From the UHGV virus genome UHGV-0090450: a DNA stretch of 56,302 bases. One strand, given 5' to 3'. The stretch is from a virus. A program made the position numbers and the translations under genes. Positions 1 to 8,687 of this stretch are shown here, one piece after another; position 1 is the first letter of the stretch; every line of letters starts with the position of its first letter. A model generated the notes under the pieces. It saw nothing but the letters and a program-made list of their open reading frames with translations. It ran no database searches and was not told the DNA's origin.

Positions 1-49
1 AGTGAGTGATATTGACGTTTTCAAGGTCCCCGACCTGAAATGTCCACTG

Positions 50-325
50 TCATTCTCCGGTTTCTTTTTGCCCCCATGTGTACCAGAGAGAACGCCAGCC
101 AATCAGCCAGCCTTCTCCACTAGCATCAAATAACAGAACACTTTCATTTGCTGGTGGCAGTTCGGCTGACACTGGTATTATTTTGTTTTCCAGTGCCGCA
201 CATTTAGCTTCAAGCGCGTTGAATTTACGTACCAGGTAATCAGCATTTGTTTCGTTCACTTTCAGATCTCGCGGTACACATTTCCCGCGAAGAAACCCTT
301 CCATTTCGAAAACATTCATGCGCAT
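50..325 (-). CDS. hypothetical phage protein (91 aa)
   Basis: ORF directly downstream of and overlapping the HD hydrolase gene; no recognisable motif. Confidence 0.45.
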   Translation of the reverse strand: MRMNVFEMEGFLRGKCVPRDLKVNETNADYLVRKFNALEAKCAALENKIIPVSAELPPANESVLLFDASGEGWLIGWRSLWYTWGQKETGE

Positions 326-852
326 TTGCGTAACTCCGATAACTCGTTAAAACGTTCCATAAACATCCCGTAGGCCTGGCCCGGTGCCAGTGGAATCACG
401 TTGAACATCTCTGTTGCCGGGATGCCTTCCAGTACAGGCCAGAAAGAGCCATCATCAAGCCCGAGATCGCGGCGTTCGGTTGCCAGCATAATGAGATCGG
501 CATATTTCACTGGCGTGCTCATAACAGGAGGTAACCCGTATTTCTCACGGATTACGGCGTCTATTTTTTCTTCCATCCGTTTATAGTCAGGAAGAAGTCG
601 TTTCAGTGGTGCGGGGATGTCTTGGCAATATGCTTCTGTTGCATCATGCATTAAAGCTTCAAAAGCAAATTCCTGCGGCACCAGCTGGCTGCAAAGCACC
701 GCATGTTGGGCGACACTGTAGAAGTGTGAAAGATGTCCTGCAAAGCGACAGATATTTGAAAGGGAAATCGCGATATCGTTAATAACGATGTCGTCTTTAT
801 TTATCCTGTCATAATAAAAATGCTTCCCGGAAAAAGTTTTAATAAATGACAT
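316..852 (-). CDS. HD-domain phosphohydrolase (YfbR-like 5'-deoxynucleotidase family)
   Basis: His/Asp-rich HD-type motifs (FAGHLSHFYSVAQHA, LMHDATEAY); ATG for MSFIKT at 852 preceded by GGAG, track ORF extends to 879 via a GTG. Confidence 0.7.
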   Translation of the reverse strand: MSFIKTFSGKHFYYDRINKDDIVINDIAISLSNICRFAGHLSHFYSVAQHAVLCSQLVPQEFAFEALMHDATEAYCQDIPAPLKRLLPDYKRMEEKIDAVIREKYGLPPVMSTPVKYADLIMLATERRDLGLDDGSFWPVLEGIPATEMFNVIPLAPGQAYGMFMERFNELSELRKCA

Positions 853-1396
853 TTTGTTCTCCACGTATATGCGCTGCACCGCGCTGAATTCGGGTAAAAG
901 GAAGCCCTCACCGTCCGGCGATTATTGAGTCAATTACATTTCCATAAATGCCCCCGTAGGGGCGGTTAGTTTCTCCACAAAACAGAGAAGAACACCTGCG
1001 GTGGCAGCCGCCCGGATGGATTGGGTTATGAGCCCGTCGTCCGGTGATGCTCTTCTCTGTTTTGTAAAAAGGACGGTACCAGCCGGAAGCAAGGGTACAA
1101 GCTGGTACCGCCAGGACTACACACAGCATAAAGTTGTGGTGCCGGGCGCCTCCCGGTGCCTGGCGAAGGTTGCACACCAGGCGGGTGGGTATCCACAGAA
1201 GGTCGACTGTCAGCCTCAACCTTAACCCGCGTGCGCTGAGCCGCATTCACCACAACGCTAAGAATTCTCTCTGGTTGAAAATACTTAGCTGTTATGTGCC
1301 TGCTTTTAGCCACATCAGGCGAGGTGGACCTGGTTATTCCCCAACAACAAGGATTCGGTTAATCTGGTTATCCCCAACAACGCAAAAGGAAAAGAA

Positions 1397-1831
1397 ATGT
1401 CCGGTAATATCTATACGCTGTACAAATCCCACTGTGAAAATGTTGGAAAGTATCGGGGCATTGAAATCAGTGGGGTAGTGTCATCAGTCGAAATAAGCAA
1501 AGTTGAATCAAGGGCAACATTACTTACTCTTTTGGACCTCGTCTTACATGAGCACCGGAAGAAATTCGGCACTCCCTATAATCAGTTGAATGGGAAAAAG
1601 GCTCTGGTTCACCTTATTCTGATGAAGCATCACTGGATGCCAAAACAGATTAATGAGATGAAATTTGATGAACTTCTTCTTTCAATTCAGGATGAACTCA
1701 CACTTGATAAAATAAGCGTAACCGCCCAGAAATTTTTAGATTATCGAGACTGGAGATCACAAATTCATCACTTTGATGATTTTGACGAAAATGAATGGGA
1801 TCCTAATTTGTCTGCACAATATCTAAAGTAA
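1397..1831 (+). CDS. hypothetical protein (144 aa), immunity-region cargo
   Basis: Clean ORF preceded by AAAGGAAAAGAA and by two direct repeats GGTTAT(T)CCCCAACAAC; no recognised domain. Confidence 0.5.
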   Translation: MSGNIYTLYKSHCENVGKYRGIEISGVVSSVEISKVESRATLLTLLDLVLHEHRKKFGTPYNQLNGKKALVHLILMKHHWMPKQINEMKFDELLLSIQDELTLDKISVTAQKFLDYRDWRSQIHHFDDFDENEWDPNLSAQYLK

Positions 1832-2009
1832 CATCCTGTGATAAAACCGTGATTTCCTGATCCAGTTTTTTTAAGGAGTCTATTGTTTCCTGTCGATAAG
1901 ACAGCACTTCACGAAGCTGGTTTATAGCTGCCAGCTTCTTTGTCATCCACTCATAAATTTCCTCATCTGTGTAGCCAGGCGCGACGATTTTGGGTTCTGT
2001 TTTGTGCAT
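1803..2009 (-). CDS. hypothetical small protein (about 68 aa), first ORF leftward of the cI/OL region
   Basis: ATG (MHKTEP) preceded by GAGGAG; track ORF starts at an upstream TTG (2024). Confidence 0.4.
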   Translation of the reverse strand: MHKTEPKIVAPGYTDEEIYEWMTKKLAAINQLREVLSYRQETIDSLKKLDQEITVLSQDVTLDIVQTN

Positions 2010-2065
2010 TTCACATCTCCTCAAGTTATCAGTTACTTGTTGATGGGGACCAGATTGTTAAAGAG

Positions 2066-2092
2066 CTAAGCGTCCTGTAGGGCGCTTTTTTG
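2066..2092 (+). terminator. hairpin AGCGTCC-TGT-AGGGCGCT followed by TTTTTTGTTG
   Basis: GC stem plus T-run seen directly. Confidence 0.35.
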
Positions 2093-2257
2093 TTGCTAAC
2101 GAATCATCCTGGACTTCATATGCCCCAGGCGGCTACTTCGTGGGCGTCCTGCCTGTTCGTTTTTGACATTTACTGACTGCTTACGACACATGCACCGTGT
2201 TGCAACCAGATTTTGTTGTAATCCTGTAGTTGGTCTGGAACAAAAGATAAAATTAAA

Positions 2258-2293
2258 TTGCGAAATATGCAAGTGATGTTTGCGAAATATGCA
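2258..2293. promoter_or_regulatory. putative OL operators (two copies of TTGCGAAATATGCAA)
   Basis: Two 15-bp copies 21 bp apart, same TTGCG-N5-xGCAA pattern as the cI/cro intergenic sites. Confidence 0.5.
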
Positions 2294-2302
2294 AATTTAT
2301 AG

Positions 2303-2330
2303 GTAATAAAAAGCCACCTTTCGGTGGCCG
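2303..2330 (-). terminator. rho-independent terminator immediately downstream of cI
   Basis: Minus-strand reading gives GCCACC-GAAA-GGTGGC followed by TTTTTATT, right after the cI stop. Confidence 0.5.
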
Positions 2331-2348
2331 ATGGATGGGATATTGAGG

Positions 2349-3041
2349 TTAATTATGTCTCTTAAGGGTTTGCGACTGACTGATTAAGACCTTTCCAAAG
2401 ACCATGAATCGGTGTTCGTTTTCGCTAGTAATTCCCCATTCACGGTAAATCTGGTTATCAGAAATCACCAGCAGTTTGTCAGGAATCATTTGAAGTCTTT
2501 TAACGTATATTTTGTCATCAAAACCAAAGACATATATACCATCACCATCAAACTGATTGATGCTGACATCAACGAAGATGAGATCTCCTGGCTCAATGGT
2601 TGGACACATACTGTCCCCACGAACGTTGATAACTTTGATGTGATTGGCTGGTCGTCCGCCGAACATTGATACAGCATTATCAGTTCTGTATTCGATGGCA
2701 TGAATCACATCAATGACATCACCGCCCTGGATAAGGCCATTTCCCGCACTGGCACTGATATCCAGCATTTCAATACGGAACACATCCTTCACCTGCGCAA
2801 CATCCTCATTATTACTGTTTTTATATACAGTATTACTTTTGTGGGCAGAGGTAAAGAGATCAGCAATATCAACACCTAAGCTCTTGGCAATATTACTCAG
2901 TGTTTGTTCGGTAAATTGTTTTTGCTTACCCGTTTCTAAGCGCGAGATGTTCGCCGCATCTACTCCTATTGCTTCAGCGAGATCGGCGATTTTCATGTTC
3001 TTCGCTTGGCGAAGTTGTCTGACTCGGTTTCCTATGTTCAT
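2349..3041 (-). CDS. cI: CI-like repressor (HTH_XRE N-terminus + S24 LexA-like peptidase C-terminus)
   Basis: N-terminal HTH (IADLAEAIGVDAANISRLETGK), C-terminal GDSMCPTI and KR motifs typical of autocleaving repressors; divergent from cro. Confidence 0.9.
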   Translation of the reverse strand: MNIGNRVRQLRQAKNMKIADLAEAIGVDAANISRLETGKQKQFTEQTLSNIAKSLGVDIADLFTSAHKSNTVYKNSNNEDVAQVKDVFRIEMLDISASAGNGLIQGGDVIDVIHAIEYRTDNAVSMFGGRPANHIKVINVRGDSMCPTIEPGDLIFVDVSINQFDGDGIYVFGFDDKIYVKRLQMIPDKLLVISDNQIYREWGITSENEHRFMVFGKVLISQSQTLKRHN

Positions 3042-3138
3042 GCGTTTATTACATTTCTTTATTGCGTGATAAGCAAATCAACTTGCGCAAAATAATTGCG
3101 TGAAATAACATGCATAACGCGCAATATTTGGAGGACAT
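3042..3138. promoter_or_regulatory. OR operator/divergent promoter region between cI and cro
   Basis: Repeated TTGCGTGATAAGCAA, TTGCGCAAAATAA, TTGCGTGAAATAA, ACGCGCAATA half-site motifs in a 97-bp intergenic region. Confidence 0.7.
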
Positions 3139-3399
3139 ATGCAATCACCATTACGAAATGTGCGTAAGGCGCATGGTTTCACTTTGCAGCATGTTGCTGC
3201 GGGTGTTCAAGTCAATCCAGCGACGTTGAGTCGTATTGAGAGGCTGGAGCAGATTCCATCTATCGAGCTTGCAGAACGTTTAGCCAATTTTTTTAAGGGT
3301 GAAGTCAGCGAAATGCAGATTCTTTATCCGGCACGTTTTCAATCTAGCCAAAACCAGAATGGGTTTAAACCACAGGAACAGGAGGTGAACCGTGGGTAA
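3139..3399 (+). CDS. cro: Cro-like HTH regulator
   Basis: Small HTH_XRE protein (TLQHVAAGVQVNPATLSRIER) divergent from cI, RBS GGAGGA. Confidence 0.8.
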   Translation: MQSPLRNVRKAHGFTLQHVAAGVQVNPATLSRIERLEQIPSIELAERLANFFKGEVSEMQILYPARFQSSQNQNGFKPQEQEVNRG

Positions 3400-3949
3400 G
3401 CATCACTGGAAAGTAGAAAAACAGCCTGAGTGGTACGTGAAAGCTGTCAGAAAAACTATCGCAGCGTTGCCGGGGGGGTACGCTGAAGCTGCTGACTGGC
3501 TGGATGTAACAGAGAACGCATTATTTAACCGCCTTCGTGCCGATGGCGATCAGATTTTCCCGCTGGGATGGGCAATGATTTTGCAACGTGCTGGTGGAAC
3601 TCACTTCATTGCTGACGCTGTGGCGCAGTCTGCAAATGGCGTCTTTGTGTCTCTTCCTGACGTCGAGGATGTGGACAACGCCGATATTAACCAGCGTCTG
3701 CTGGAAGTCATTGAACAGATCGGCAGTTATTCAAAACAGATTCGTTCAGCAATCGAAGACGGTGTAGTGGAACCGCATGAGAAGACAGCAATTAACGACG
3801 AGCTGTATCTCTCAATTTCGAAGCTGCAGGAGCATGCAGCACTTGTCTACAAAATTTTTTGCATTTCAGAAAGTAATGACGCCCGCGAGTGTGCAGCTCC
3901 GGGCGTCGTGGCGTCGATTGCTTCTGGTTGTGGAGAAACTAACGCATGA
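3392..3949 (+). CDS. hypothetical early regulatory protein (position of cII/YdaT-like genes)
   Basis: GTG start after AGGAGG; position after cro; family not recognised with certainty. Confidence 0.45.
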   Translation: MGKHHWKVEKQPEWYVKAVRKTIAALPGGYAEAADWLDVTENALFNRLRADGDQIFPLGWAMILQRAGGTHFIADAVAQSANGVFVSLPDVEDVDNADINQRLLEVIEQIGSYSKQIRSAIEDGVVEPHEKTAINDELYLSISKLQEHAALVYKIFCISESNDARECAAPGVVASIASGCGETNA

Positions 3950-4304
3950 ACAGTTTAACAACACACTACCGTCGCTCGCAACTGATTGCGCTTCCTGTAC
4001 CGGGTGGAAAAGCGAAGGTGGAATATTGCTATGCAGTGAATGTACCAGGTGACAGGGAAATTGTAACCCACAGCTTTGCAGAGTGGGCTGTGGGTGATTT
4101 CAACCGGCAGAAGGAGACAGTCCTTTGCGACAAGTTAACCGCTGGTTCAAAGATCACTACGGAGTGCCCGTCAGAGTCATTCGTTGGGAGCCGGAAACAC
4201 AACGGGTTATCTACCTCCGCGAAGGTTATGAGCATGAATGCTTCAGTCCGCTCGAACAGTTTCGTCGTAAATTCAGGGAAATAGAGGTCGGTCATGAGCA
4301 CTAA
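3946..4304 (+). pseudogene. hypothetical protein, apparently frameshifted (N-terminal part in frame of 3946, protein-like C-terminal part in -1 frame ending 4304)
   Basis: Frame of 3946 ORF becomes Ser-rich noise after about residue 60 while the overlapping frame from 4098 to 4304 reads [44 protein letters not shown] with no ATG. Confidence 0.35.
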
Positions 4305-5220
4305 ATTAACCGGCTATGTATGGGATGGTTGCGCTGCATCAGGCATGAAGTTATCCAGCGTGGCAATTATGGCCCGCCTGGCTGATTTCAGTAATGACGA
4401 AGGTGTGTGCTGGCCATCAATTGAAACCATTGCCCGTCAGATTGGCGCGGGGATGAGTACCGTCAGAACGGCTATCGCACGGCTGGAAGCAGAAGGCTGG
4501 TTAACGCGTAAGGCGCGTCGCCAGGGTAACCGCAATGCGTCGAATGTTTATCAGCTTAACGTTGCGAAGCTTCAGGCAGCGGCATTTTCTCAACTGTCAG
4601 ATTCTGACCCGTCAAAATCTGACGCATCAAAATCTGATGCGTCGAAATCTGGCAAAAAAGCGGGTTTTCACCCGTCAGAATCTGGCGGGGATCCGTCAGT
4701 AAAATCAAAACATGATCCGTCAGATAAAAAACCTTCTCGTCCGGACGCTTCGCAACCGGACACGCAGACGGCTGAACAGGATTTTTTAACTCGCCATCCT
4801 GATGCGGTTGTATTCAGCCCTAAAAAGCGCCAGTGGGGAACGCAGGATGATTTGACCTGCGCACAGTGGCTCTGGAAAAAAATCATCGCCCTGTACGAGC
4901 AGGCCGCCGAATGTGACGGCGAGGTGGTTCGTCCCAAAGAACCGAACTGGACAGCCTGGGCAAACGAAATTCGCCTGATGTGTGTGCAGGATGGTCGTAA
5001 TCATAAACAAATCTGCGAGATGTACAGCCGCGTCAGTCGCGATCCGTTCTGGTGCCGTAACGTGCTCAGCCCGTCGAAGCTGCGGGAAAAATGGGATGAG
5101 CTTTCCCTGCGCTTATCGCCGTCCGTCAGCACGTACACCGAAAAACGCGAAGACCCGTACTTCAAATCCAGTTACGACAACGTGGACTACAGCCAGATCC
5201 CGGCAGGATTCAGGGGGTGA
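4294..5220 (+). CDS. replication initiator (lambda O-like: N-terminal winged-helix, repeat-rich linker, C-terminal domain)
   Basis: N-terminal HTH (VRTAIARLEAEGWL), DPSKSDASKSDASKSG repeats encoded by DNA iterons, position after cro/cII-like genes. Confidence 0.7.
   Translation: MSTKLTGYVWDGCAASGMKLSSVAIMARLADFSNDEGVCWPSIETIARQIGAGMSTVRTAIARLEAEGWLTRKARRQGNRNASNVYQLNVAKLQAAAFSQLSDSDPSKSDASKSDASKSGKKAGFHPSESGGDPSVKSKHDPSDKKPSRPDASQPDTQTAEQDFLTRHPDAVVFSPKKRQWGTQDDLTCAQWLWKKIIALYEQAAECDGEVVRPKEPNWTAWANEIRLMCVQDGRNHKQICEMYSRVSRDPFWCRNVLSPSKLREKWDELSLRLSPSVSTYTEKREDPYFKSSYDNVDYSQIPAGFRG
4596..4745. repeat. iterons inside the O-like gene (probable phage origin)
   Basis: At least 6 copies of CCGTCA(A/G)AATCTG(A/G)-like units in direct orientation, as in lambda ori within O. 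Confidence 0.6.
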
Positions 5221-5711
5221 TCATGAGTCTGTTAAATGACGTTCAGAAATTCATTGAAGCCCATCCTGGGTGTACTTCCGGAGACATTGCGGATGCTTTT
5301 GCAGGTTACTCACGGCAGCGCGTTCTGCAGTCTGCAAGCAAGTTACGTCAGAGTGGGCGTGTGGCTCACCGTTGTGAAGGAGATACACGCAGACATTTCC
5401 CGCGCCTGACTGAGAGAGCGCAGGAGCCGGAACCACAACCAGTTCGTGAAACCAGACCTGTGCGCAATTTCTATGTCGGCACTAACGATCCCCGGGTGAT
5501 TTTGTGCCTGACCCGCCAGGCTGAAGAACTGGAGTCAAGGGGCTTATACCGTCGTGCTGCAACCGTGTGGATGGCGGCATTCCGTGAAAGCCACTCCCAG
5601 CCAGAACGAAACAATTTTCTGGCGCGTCGTGAGCAGTGCTTACAGAAAAGCAGCAAGCGCGCTGCATCGGGTGAAGAGTGGTATCTGTCAGGGAATTACG
5701 TGGGGGCGTAA
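5217..5711 (+). CDS. PerC-family transcriptional regulator-like protein
   Basis: Motif ELESRGLYRRAATVWMAAFRE matches the PerC signature; translationally coupled to neighbours. Confidence 0.55.
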   Translation: MIMSLLNDVQKFIEAHPGCTSGDIADAFAGYSRQRVLQSASKLRQSGRVAHRCEGDTRRHFPRLTERAQEPEPQPVRETRPVRNFYVGTNDPRVILCLTRQAEELESRGLYRRAATVWMAAFRESHSQPERNNFLARREQCLQKSSKRAASGEEWYLSGNYVGA

Positions 5712-6037
5712 TGACGACGTTAACTCAATGCCAGCAGCAGGTGCTGGATATGCTGATTTCTTATCAGAAAGAGCGTGGCTTTCCGCCAACCAATCAGGAG
5801 GTGGCAACCATGCTGGGATACCGTTCGGTGAATGCAGCGGTGGAGCATCTTCGCGCACTGGAGAAAAAAGGCCTCATCACGATAAAGCGTGGCGTGGCAC
5901 GGGGGATAACGCTTCATACCGCTGTGAAGGACGACGACAGCGAGGCGGTCGGGATTATCCGCGCACTGCTTGCCGGTGAGGAAAACGCCAGGCTGCGTGC
6001 AGCCCACTGGTTACATGAGAGGGGCCTGAAAGTATGA
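5711..6037 (+). CDS. LexA DNA-binding-domain-only protein (no S24 peptidase domain)
   Basis: LTQCQQQVLDMLISYQKERGFPPTNQEVATMLGYRSVNAAVEHLRALEKKGLITIKRGVARGITL aligns closely with the LexA N-terminal domain as recalled; ATG at 5711 overlaps upstream stop (TAATG); track ORF begins at 5678. Confidence 0.7.
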   Translation: MTTLTQCQQQVLDMLISYQKERGFPPTNQEVATMLGYRSVNAAVEHLRALEKKGLITIKRGVARGITLHTAVKDDDSEAVGIIRALLAGEENARLRAAHWLHERGLKV

Positions 6038-6423
6038 AGCTGATTCTGCCTTTTCCGCCCAGCGTGAACACGTACTGGCGACACCCCAACAAAGGGGCGT
6101 TTGCTGGTAAGAGCCTGATAAGCGCGGCGGGGCGCAAATTCCAGAGCGCGGCGTGTGCAGCAATAGTTGAGCAGTTACGTCGTCTGCCAAAACCAACGTC
6201 GGCACCTGCTTCAGTGGAGATCGTGTTGTTTCCACCGGATAACCGGATCCGCGATCTGGACAACTATAACAAGGCGCTGTTTGACGCCCTGACCCACGCG
6301 GGTGTGTGGGAGGACGACAGTCAGGTGAAAAGAATGCTGGTGGAGTGGGGGCCGGTTATCCCGGAAGGGAAGGTCGAGATCACTATCAGTAAGTACGAGA
6401 AAACGGCGGGTGCAGCCGCCTGA
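6034..6423 (+). CDS. rusA: RusA Holliday-junction resolvase
   Basis: Size and motifs (DLDNYNKALFDALTHAGVWEDDSQV) typical of RusA; nin-region position. Confidence 0.85.
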   Translation: MKLILPFPPSVNTYWRHPNKGAFAGKSLISAAGRKFQSAACAAIVEQLRRLPKPTSAPASVEIVLFPPDNRIRDLDNYNKALFDALTHAGVWEDDSQVKRMLVEWGPVIPEGKVEITISKYEKTAGAAA

Positions 6424-6442
6424 TTAAGAGGAGAAACGAAGT

Positions 6443-7240
6443 ATGAATAATCTGATGGTCATTGATGGTATTGAAGTTCGTCGTGATGCTTATGGGCGTT
6501 ACAGCCTGAACGATCTGCACAGGGCTGCCGGTTCTCAGGATAAGCATAAGCCTGCATTTTGGCTCCGCAATGAGCAAACCGAACGTTTAATAAGCGAGTT
6601 GCAGATTTGCAACTCGGTCAATATAGAGCCAGTTAACGTTAGTCGTGGCGGAAATAACCAGGGGACGTATGTCTGCAAAGAACTGGTGTATGCCTATGCA
6701 ATGTGGATCAGCCCGTCATTCCATCTGAAGGTGATCCGTACTTTCGATATGGTAACCAGCGCACCGGAAAAATTATCCGGGCAGGCTGCTGACAAGATGC
6801 AGGCTGGTGTGATTCTGCTGGACTTTATGCGTCGGGAGTTAAACCTGTCTAACTCATCTGTGCTTGGTGCCTGTCAGAAACTCCAGGAGGCTGTTGGCTT
6901 ACCGAATCTGGCACCGCGCTATGCCATTGATGCTCCTGCTGATGCACTCGATGGCTCAAGCCGCCCTACGCTATCATTGAGTGCACTGCTGAAGCAGTAT
7001 GGTATCCGCCTTACGGCTAATCAGGCATATCACCAGATGGTGAAGCTGGGGATCGTCGAACAGCGCGAACGATACAGCCGTACCGCGATTAACAACATCA
7101 AAAAATTCTGGTCGCTAACAGCGAAAGGCTGCATGTTCGGCAAGAACATCACCAGTCCCGCAAATCCGCGCGAGACGCAGCCGCACTTTTTCGAATCCCG
7201 ATTCCCTGAGCTATTAAAGCTGCTCGCTACCGTTCATTGA
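6443..7240 (+). CDS. KilA-N domain protein
   Basis: N-terminal KilA-N-like segment (IDGIEVRRDAYGRYSLNDLHRAAG...KPAFWLRNEQT). Confidence 0.65.
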   Translation: MNNLMVIDGIEVRRDAYGRYSLNDLHRAAGSQDKHKPAFWLRNEQTERLISELQICNSVNIEPVNVSRGGNNQGTYVCKELVYAYAMWISPSFHLKVIRTFDMVTSAPEKLSGQAADKMQAGVILLDFMRRELNLSNSSVLGACQKLQEAVGLPNLAPRYAIDAPADALDGSSRPTLSLSALLKQYGIRLTANQAYHQMVKLGIVEQRERYSRTAINNIKKFWSLTAKGCMFGKNITSPANPRETQPHFFESRFPELLKLLATVH

Positions 7241-7241
7241 G

Positions 7242-8237
7242 GTGACCGTGAGAGCACTACTGACCCCTGAAATTGCCCCGCGTATGGGGATCGTATTGTT
7301 CAGACCAGGTTCAGAGCTGATGCCCTTGTTTATGCAGGGGCGTGTCCTGCTGGAGCCTGAGCCGGAACGTTATTCATCTTTCGCCAGTGGTGCCGTTCCG
7401 GCGGCATCACAACCGCTGGCGGATGATCCTGCCGTTCGGGCCGTGTTCCGCAATGAGGCAGTGATTCGTCGTGCTGGTGGAGTGGAATGTCTTGAAAGCT
7501 GGTTACTTCGTGAAAAAGGCTGCCAGTGGCCTCATTCCGACTGGCACAGCGAGAACATGACCACAATGCGACACGCGCCGGGCGCAATCCGTCTGTGCTG
7601 GCACTGCGATAACCAGCTGCGCGATCAGTTCACGGAACGGCTGGAATCAATGGCAACGGATAACTGTGCCCGCTGGGTGTTGTCTGTTGTGCGTCGGGAT
7701 CTCGGTTTTGATGATAGTCACGCTGTGACAATGCCGGAACTGTGCTGGTGGCTGATTCGTAATGACCTGGCGGGTGCCTTACCGGAAAGTGCAGCCCGTA
7801 AGGCACTGAGATTACCGAAGCCTGTTGTGCCGTCTGTCACCCGGGAAAGTGACCTTGTGCCTTCGGTTCCTGCCACCAGCATCATCCAGGATAAGGCAAA
7901 AAAGGTGCTGGCGCTGAAAGTGGATCCGGAGTCGCCGGAGTCTTTTATGTTACGCCCAAAACGTCGCCGCTGGGTTAATGAAAAGTACACGCGCTGGGTT
8001 AAGACACAGCCGTGTGCATGTTGTGGTAAGCCTGCTGATGATCCCCACCACCTGATAGGCCACGGTCAGGGGGGAATGGGTACAAAAGCGCATGACCTCT
8101 TTGTGTTGCCTTTGTGCAGAAAGCATCACGACGAGCTGCATGCGGATACCGTGGCATTTGAAGAGAAGTATGGCTCCCAGCTGGAGCTGATATTTCGTTT
8201 TATCGATCGTGCGCTGGCAATTGGCGTGCTGGCCTGA
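7242..8237 (+). CDS. DUF968-like nin-region protein with C-terminal Cys/His cluster
   Basis: C-terminal CACCGKPADDPHHLIGHG...PLCRKHHDELH. Confidence 0.55.
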   Translation: MTVRALLTPEIAPRMGIVLFRPGSELMPLFMQGRVLLEPEPERYSSFASGAVPAASQPLADDPAVRAVFRNEAVIRRAGGVECLESWLLREKGCQWPHSDWHSENMTTMRHAPGAIRLCWHCDNQLRDQFTERLESMATDNCARWVLSVVRRDLGFDDSHAVTMPELCWWLIRNDLAGALPESAARKALRLPKPVVPSVTRESDLVPSVPATSIIQDKAKKVLALKVDPESPESFMLRPKRRRWVNEKYTRWVKTQPCACCGKPADDPHHLIGHGQGGMGTKAHDLFVLPLCRKHHDELHADTVAFEEKYGSQLELIFRFIDRALAIGVLA

Positions 8238-8239
8238 TT

Positions 8240-8608
8240 TTGCGGAGAAAGTTGATGCGTGATATGTATGAAGTTTTGGACCGCTGGGGGGCATGGGCTG
8301 CTGCAGAAAACAGTGGTGTGGACTGGCAACCGGTAGCTGCTGGCTTCAAGCGGCTTTTACCTCATGGCAGAAAGTCCCGGATTCAGTGCGATGATGATGA
8401 GGGCATCATAATAGACGGTTGTGTCGCTAGGTTGCGTAAATACAAGCCGGCAGAGTATGAGCTGATAATTGCTCACTTTGTTGTTGGCATTTCGCTCCGT
8501 ACAATTGCAAAGAAGCGGAAATGTTCAGACGGAACAGTACGAAAAGATATGCAAACAGCTATGGGGTTTATTGATGGCTGTTTGTCATTTTTTTATTTAA
8601 TACAATGA
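8240..8608 (+). CDS. late-gene antiterminator Q (small Q family)
   Basis: VLDRWGAWAA N-terminus and overall pattern of small Q antiterminators; located after nin-like genes and upstream of lysis module. Confidence 0.7.
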   Translation: MRRKLMRDMYEVLDRWGAWAAAENSGVDWQPVAAGFKRLLPHGRKSRIQCDDDEGIIIDGCVARLRKYKPAEYELIIAHFVVGISLRTIAKKRKCSDGTVRKDMQTAMGFIDGCLSFFYLIQ

Positions 8609-8687
8609 GTTAAGTGCTATGTAAAATCATTCTACTTTCCCAACTTTTATGTGTATATAATACCAGGGTAAAGTAACGGAGAATCTT

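Noticed and set aside
908-1478. Four overlapping ORFs in the GC-rich region, and a retron (msr/msd) hypothesis
   Set aside because: ORFs overlap on both strands and are not protein-like; retron rejected because no reverse transcriptase gene is adjacent. Kept only as candidate structured RNA.
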